Origin: Candidatus Micrarchaeia archaeon
GTDB taxonomy: Archaea; Micrarchaeota; Micrarchaeia; CABMEP01
Direction of reading: 5' to 3'
Assembly (NCBI GenBank): GCA_038881595.1
Contig: JAVZPM010000001.1
Location: forward strand, 64,001 to 128,000
Length of the DNA: 64,000 nt
Below are positions 60,304 to 64,000 of this stretch, piece by piece. Positions within the stretch are counted from its first letter, which is position 1. Each line of letters starts with the position of its first letter. The position numbers were made by a program, and so were the translations under genes. Under the pieces are notes generated by a model. That model worked only from the letters and a program-made list of their open reading frames with translations, searched no databases and was not told the origin of the DNA.

Positions 60304-60600
60304 ATGGAAAGAGTTTATAAAGTAGAAAAAAGCAAGAAGAAAGAGTTGGATGCATTAATGGCAAAAGATCCTTATGCGCCTATATCATTTGGCAGAATAG
60401 CTCCTTTGCTCAAAGAGAAGGATGATCTTATATTTATTTATGTAAAGTCAGAAGAAGAACCTGTATTCAAATTTGTTGAGGAACAATTAAAAACCATAAA
60501 TGGAGAGAGAGCAAGCGAAAAGGAAGAAGCTGAAATAATAGAAATTATACATAAAGAAGAGGAATCAGCAGCGGGCGGATTTGGAGCAATATTTGAATAA
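60304..60600 (+). CDS. Conserved archaeal hypothetical protein
   Basis: 98 aa ending EEESAAGGFGAIFE. Confidence 0.75.
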   Translation: MERVYKVEKSKKKELDALMAKDPYAPISFGRIAPLLKEKDDLIFIYVKSEEEPVFKFVEEQLKTINGERASEKEEAEIIEIIHKEEESAAGGFGAIFE

Positions 60601-60604
60601 TATA

Positions 60605-60678
60605 TTAATGAGATGATGAATCTTATGAGTATTGAGGACATACGTCCAATGAAATAGGTCTTGAGTTCTGATCTTTAA
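60605..60678 (+). ncRNA. Box C/D guide sRNA (predicted Cm34 of tRNA-Leu(CAA) and tRNA-Met)
   Basis: C ATGATGA 60613, D' TTGA 60632, GGAC/GTCC hairpin, C' ATGAAAT 60649, D CTGA 60668; two 12-nt guides. Confidence 0.85.
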
Positions 60679-60695
60679 ATTTAAAAGGTAATCAA

Positions 60696-61226
60696 ATGGT
60701 AACCTTAAGAGAGCTGTTAGGTAGAAGAATTAAAAAAGAATTGGAAATAAAAGAAAACCAAAGTGTTTCTTTTGCAGAAGCAATAACTCCTGCATTTATT
60801 GGCGGTTTAATAATAGGAATAATTCTTGGAATACCTGGATTAAATATATTATTTCCCCTTGCAGCAATTGGAGGTTATTATGCAGTTGCTTTAGTAAGAG
60901 ATTATTATGAAAAATACATTACAATACAAGATGCAATGAAAGTTGGGGTTATTACTGGCTTCATAGGTGCATTCCTTGGAACTGCTTTAATCATTGTCAT
61001 AGCAGTTCTATATGGTGATTCTATCTCACTTTTCTTCAGGAATATATTTGATTTTGAAACAACAACCATTCTTCTTACTCTTTCAGGGATAGACCCATTT
61101 CTTACCCTTGCTACCTTAAAGATGAGGTTTCTTGCTAATCTTGCAATAGGAATAGGCATGGGGGGAATTGGCGGAGCTTATTTCATTAAAAGACATATAG
61201 AGAGTAAACCCAGGAAGAAAGAATAA
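60696..61226 (+). CDS. Gly-rich membrane protein
   Basis: About four TM segments with GxxxG motifs. Confidence 0.7.
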   Translation: MVTLRELLGRRIKKELEIKENQSVSFAEAITPAFIGGLIIGIILGIPGLNILFPLAAIGGYYAVALVRDYYEKYITIQDAMKVGVITGFIGAFLGTALIIVIAVLYGDSISLFFRNIFDFETTTILLTLSGIDPFLTLATLKMRFLANLAIGIGMGGIGGAYFIKRHIESKPRKKE

Positions 61227-61291
61227 GATTTATAATCTCTTTCCGTATAATATTAAAATAAGCAAATTCAGAGATTTGCTGTTTTTTATAG

Positions 61292-61525
<234 letters not shown>

Positions 61526-61646
61526 CCTCTTTTACTTAATTTAATTACTCATTTTAATTTATCATGCAAGAATGGCTAGATTTAGATCTAGCTGTTCTAC
61601 TGTCAAGTTTTTTAATCTTATTTTGTTAATTTATTTATATATTAAA

Positions 61647-61718
61647 GGGCCTGTAGCTCAATGGTAGAGCGCATCCATGGCATGGATGAGGCTGCGCGTT
61701 CGAGTCGCGCCAGGTCCA
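61647..61718 (+). tRNA. trnA: tRNA-Ala(GGC)
   Basis: G3:U70 pair; CATCC-AT GGC AT-GGATG. Confidence 0.95.
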
Positions 61719-61743
61719 TAAAATCAGAAACGGAGGCGACTGA

Positions 61744-62262
61744 ATGCCATTCGCAATTAAAAAGGCAGATAGTATTAAACCCGAATGGAAAGAAGAATTA
61801 GAGCACTATAAAAAGAAATGTAAATTTACTGATGAAGAAGCCAAATTTATTTTAAAATTAGCAGAAAAGAATGGTTTGTCACCACAAAGAATAATTGAAA
61901 CAATTGGGTTAAACTCTCCTAGAGGAAAATTAAGAACAGAAGCAATCGATGATCTTAATATCTCAATTCCCGAAATAGAAAAAAGGTTGGTTGAAAATAA
62001 AATGAAACTGGAAAAAATGAAAAAAGACAAGAAAAGTGAGGAAATTAAAGGAGTGAAAAAACTAATTACTAAGATAAAGGATATGATATTAGAAGAAGAA
62101 AAATTGTTAGAAGCAGATATAAAGATAGATGAACATAGATTAAAGAGATACAAGAATATAAAAGCAATTTTAGAAGAGCTCAATAAAAATCCTAAAAAAG
62201 ATGAAATAACAAAAAAAATAAACAAAAACACTAATTTCAAATCCGCGGAAGAATTATTCTGA
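61744..62262 (+). CDS. Lys-rich coiled-coil hypothetical protein
   Basis: 172-aa ORF with GGAGG RBS. Confidence 0.6.
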   Translation: MPFAIKKADSIKPEWKEELEHYKKKCKFTDEEAKFILKLAEKNGLSPQRIIETIGLNSPRGKLRTEAIDDLNISIPEIEKRLVENKMKLEKMKKDKKSEEIKGVKKLITKIKDMILEEEKLLEADIKIDEHRLKRYKNIKAILEELNKNPKKDEITKKINKNTNFKSAEELF

Positions 62263-62329
62263 AAATTATTCTGGAATTGTTATAAAAATTAAATCTTATG
62301 AAAAAATTAAGTGTTAAGAAGGTGAAGCG

Positions 62330-62704
62330 ATGGAAAATAAGTGTATTTTTTGTAAGCTTGCTGAAATGAAAGAGAATTATATTGCAGAAACCAAAAATCT
62401 ATTTGCTGTTTGGGACAAATATCCTGTTTCTAAAGGGCATGCGATGATCATACCGAAAAGACACATTGTTAACATGTTTGAAATGAATGAAGAAGAAGGG
62501 AAGGAATTGCCTCTGATTCTGAATAAGGTAAAAGAAAAAATTGAGAAAAATGCGGGAAGTGATAAGCCAAAAGGGTATAACATAGGTTCAAACAATGGAG
62601 AGGCTGCAGGTCAGGTTGTTATGCATCTCCATATTCATGTGATACCCAGATATAAAGGTGGACATGGAATTCAAATCCTAGGACAAGGAGAACCGAAGGA
62701 ATGA
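62330..62704 (+). CDS. HIT family nucleotide hydrolase
   Basis: CIFC, YPVSKGH, AGQVVMHLHIHVIPR. Confidence 0.93.
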   Translation: MENKCIFCKLAEMKENYIAETKNLFAVWDKYPVSKGHAMIIPKRHIVNMFEMNEEEGKELPLILNKVKEKIEKNAGSDKPKGYNIGSNNGEAAGQVVMHLHIHVIPRYKGGHGIQILGQGEPKE

Positions 62705-62705
62705 A

Positions 62706-63002
62706 ATGAGAACAAAAAATAAAAGAAAGAAAAAATGGTCACAATATGTGACAGAGCACAGTTTTGCACTAGCACTAGAACCTGGTGTCTTTACTTGGAA
62801 AGATCCAAAAAGAATAGCAAAGTCATTGAAACAATCTGCAGAAGAGAGTATTGCAAGGAAGGGAACTCCTTTCCAATCTGCAATGTCTATGTTAAATTTC
62901 TATATAAATCGAGCTGGAAGGAAACTAAAACCTGAAAGAAAAATTATTTTGGAAAAGGCAAAACAGGAATTGAGGATTCTTTTTGGAAAAATAAAAAAGT
63001 AA
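62706..63002 (+). CDS. DUF3175-like protein
   Basis: KWSQYVTEHSFAL.LEPGVF...SAMSMLNFYINRAG. Confidence 0.8.
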   Translation: MRTKNKRKKKWSQYVTEHSFALALEPGVFTWKDPKRIAKSLKQSAEESIARKGTPFQSAMSMLNFYINRAGRKLKPERKIILEKAKQELRILFGKIKK

Positions 63003-63022
63003 AGAACAAGATATTTGACAGA

Positions 63023-63433
63023 TCATTCTCCGATGATCTTTACTATAACTCTTTTCTTTCTTTGTCCGTCAAACTCCATGTAGAACACTTGCTCCCAAGG
63101 ACCAAGATCAAGTTCGCCATTTGTTATAGGTAGTACTACCTGATGGTGTATGAGCGTGCGCTTAAGATGGGCGTCGCCGTTTGTTTCACCTGTTCTATGA
63201 TGCTTGTAATCTGCTTTTGGTGCAAGCCTCTCAAGCCACTCCATAACATCTTCCTTTAATCCTGGTTCCTCATCATTAACCCATATTGCTGCTGTTATAT
63301 GCATTGCACTGACTAAACAGAACCCTTCCTTCACCTTGCTCTTCTTAACAATTTCCTCTATCTGATTTGTAATGTTTATTATCTCTCTTTCTTTTTTTGT
63401 GTTGAACCAAAGATATTCGGTATAAGAATTCAT
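63023..63433 (-). CDS. yjbQ: YjbQ/UPF0047 family protein
   Basis: MHITAA, NDEEPGL, YKHH, NGDAHLK, LGPWEQ, EFDG. Confidence 0.9.
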   Translation of the reverse strand: MNSYTEYLWFNTKKEREIINITNQIEEIVKKSKVKEGFCLVSAMHITAAIWVNDEEPGLKEDVMEWLERLAPKADYKHHRTGETNGDAHLKRTLIHHQVVLPITNGELDLGPWEQVFYMEFDGQRKKRVIVKIIGE

Positions 63434-63552
63434 AATTTCACCAATATGATTTGAGATAGACATCAGTGTAGACAAAAATAGATAAATATTAAAGTTTAAA
63501 AATCCAAAATACTATATATTATAGTCTGATCTTTATTTTTGTTATATATTTT

Positions 63553-63625
63553 GGCCCTGTAGTCGAATGGTTAAGACGTCACCCTTACAAGGTGAAGATT
63601 CGGAGTTCGATTCTCCGCGGGGCCA
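63553..63625 (+). tRNA. trnV: tRNA-Val(TAC)
   Basis: TCACC-CT TAC AA-GGTGA; identical to tRNA-Val(GAC) outside the anticodon arm. Confidence 0.95.
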
Positions 63626-63640
63626 CTATTTTTTTATAAT

Positions 63641-64000
63641 TCATTCTATTTCCTTACTATTTGATTCGATATATAACTTTAGTTTATTCACAAGATTTTC
63701 CAATTCAAATGAAGTTTTAATCTTCTCAAAAATACCTTCATAAATAATGCAATTAGAAAATTCTCGGTCTATATCTTTAATTCTATTTCTCTTTGAATTG
63801 TTTAGAATATTTCTTAATCTTTTTGCGTTTTCACTATTATTTTGACCAAACCAATCAATTATGAATTTATTTATTTCACTCTTTTCTTTTGTAAATTCAG
63901 ATATGCCAAATGCTTTAATAATCGAAAATCTGATCAATCCTATTTGCTCAATGTTTCCAAATGCAGTTTCACATTTTGAAGGGAGAATATGGTATGTTTC
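63641..64000 (-). CDS. 3' part of a hypothetical gene entering from the right edge
   Basis: Frame open from 64000 to the stop at 63641. Confidence 0.55.
   Translation of the reverse strand, partial: ETYHILPSKCETAFGNIEQIGLIRFSIIKAFGISEFTKEKSEINKFIIDWFGQNNSENAKRLRNILNNSKRNRIKDIDREFSNCIIYEGIFEKIKTSFELENLVNKLKLYIESNSKEIE

Overview
AT-rich archaeal chromosome segment from a DPANN-like lineage, plausibly Micrarchaeota (inferred from gene content, not a database result). Housekeeping core: aIF5B, ProRS, GGGP synthase, CysK, SlyD, Lsm and the exosome/proteasome superoperon (L15e-Rpp30-Pop5 // PsmA-SBDS-Rrp4-Rrp41-Rrp42-L37ae-RpoP-Brix-Pcc1-prefoldin beta), which is split by an ~8.3 kb block of orphan and surface genes. 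Metabolism: form III-type RuBisCO, IorAB with ferredoxin and a two-subunit NiFe hydrogenase, three tandem deoxynucleoside kinases, and a RibB-like + E1alpha + E1beta operon. RNA genes: six tRNAs (Trp with a canonical intron, Thr with a 30/31 intron, two Val, Gln, Ala) and two box C/D guide RNAs. Main leads: (1) two giant related proteins with C-terminal amphipathic beta-strand (outer-membrane barrel-like) regions and a shared leader containing a nested promoter/RBS; (2) a LAGLIDADG gene between tRNA-Trp and a relic tRNA 3' end; (3) three guides predicted to methylate wobble C34, one of them a 39-nt intron that completes its C-guide-D order only when circularised; (4) a possible RibB/acetoin-dehydrogenase-like pentose route. 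No CRISPR array or rRNA seen.
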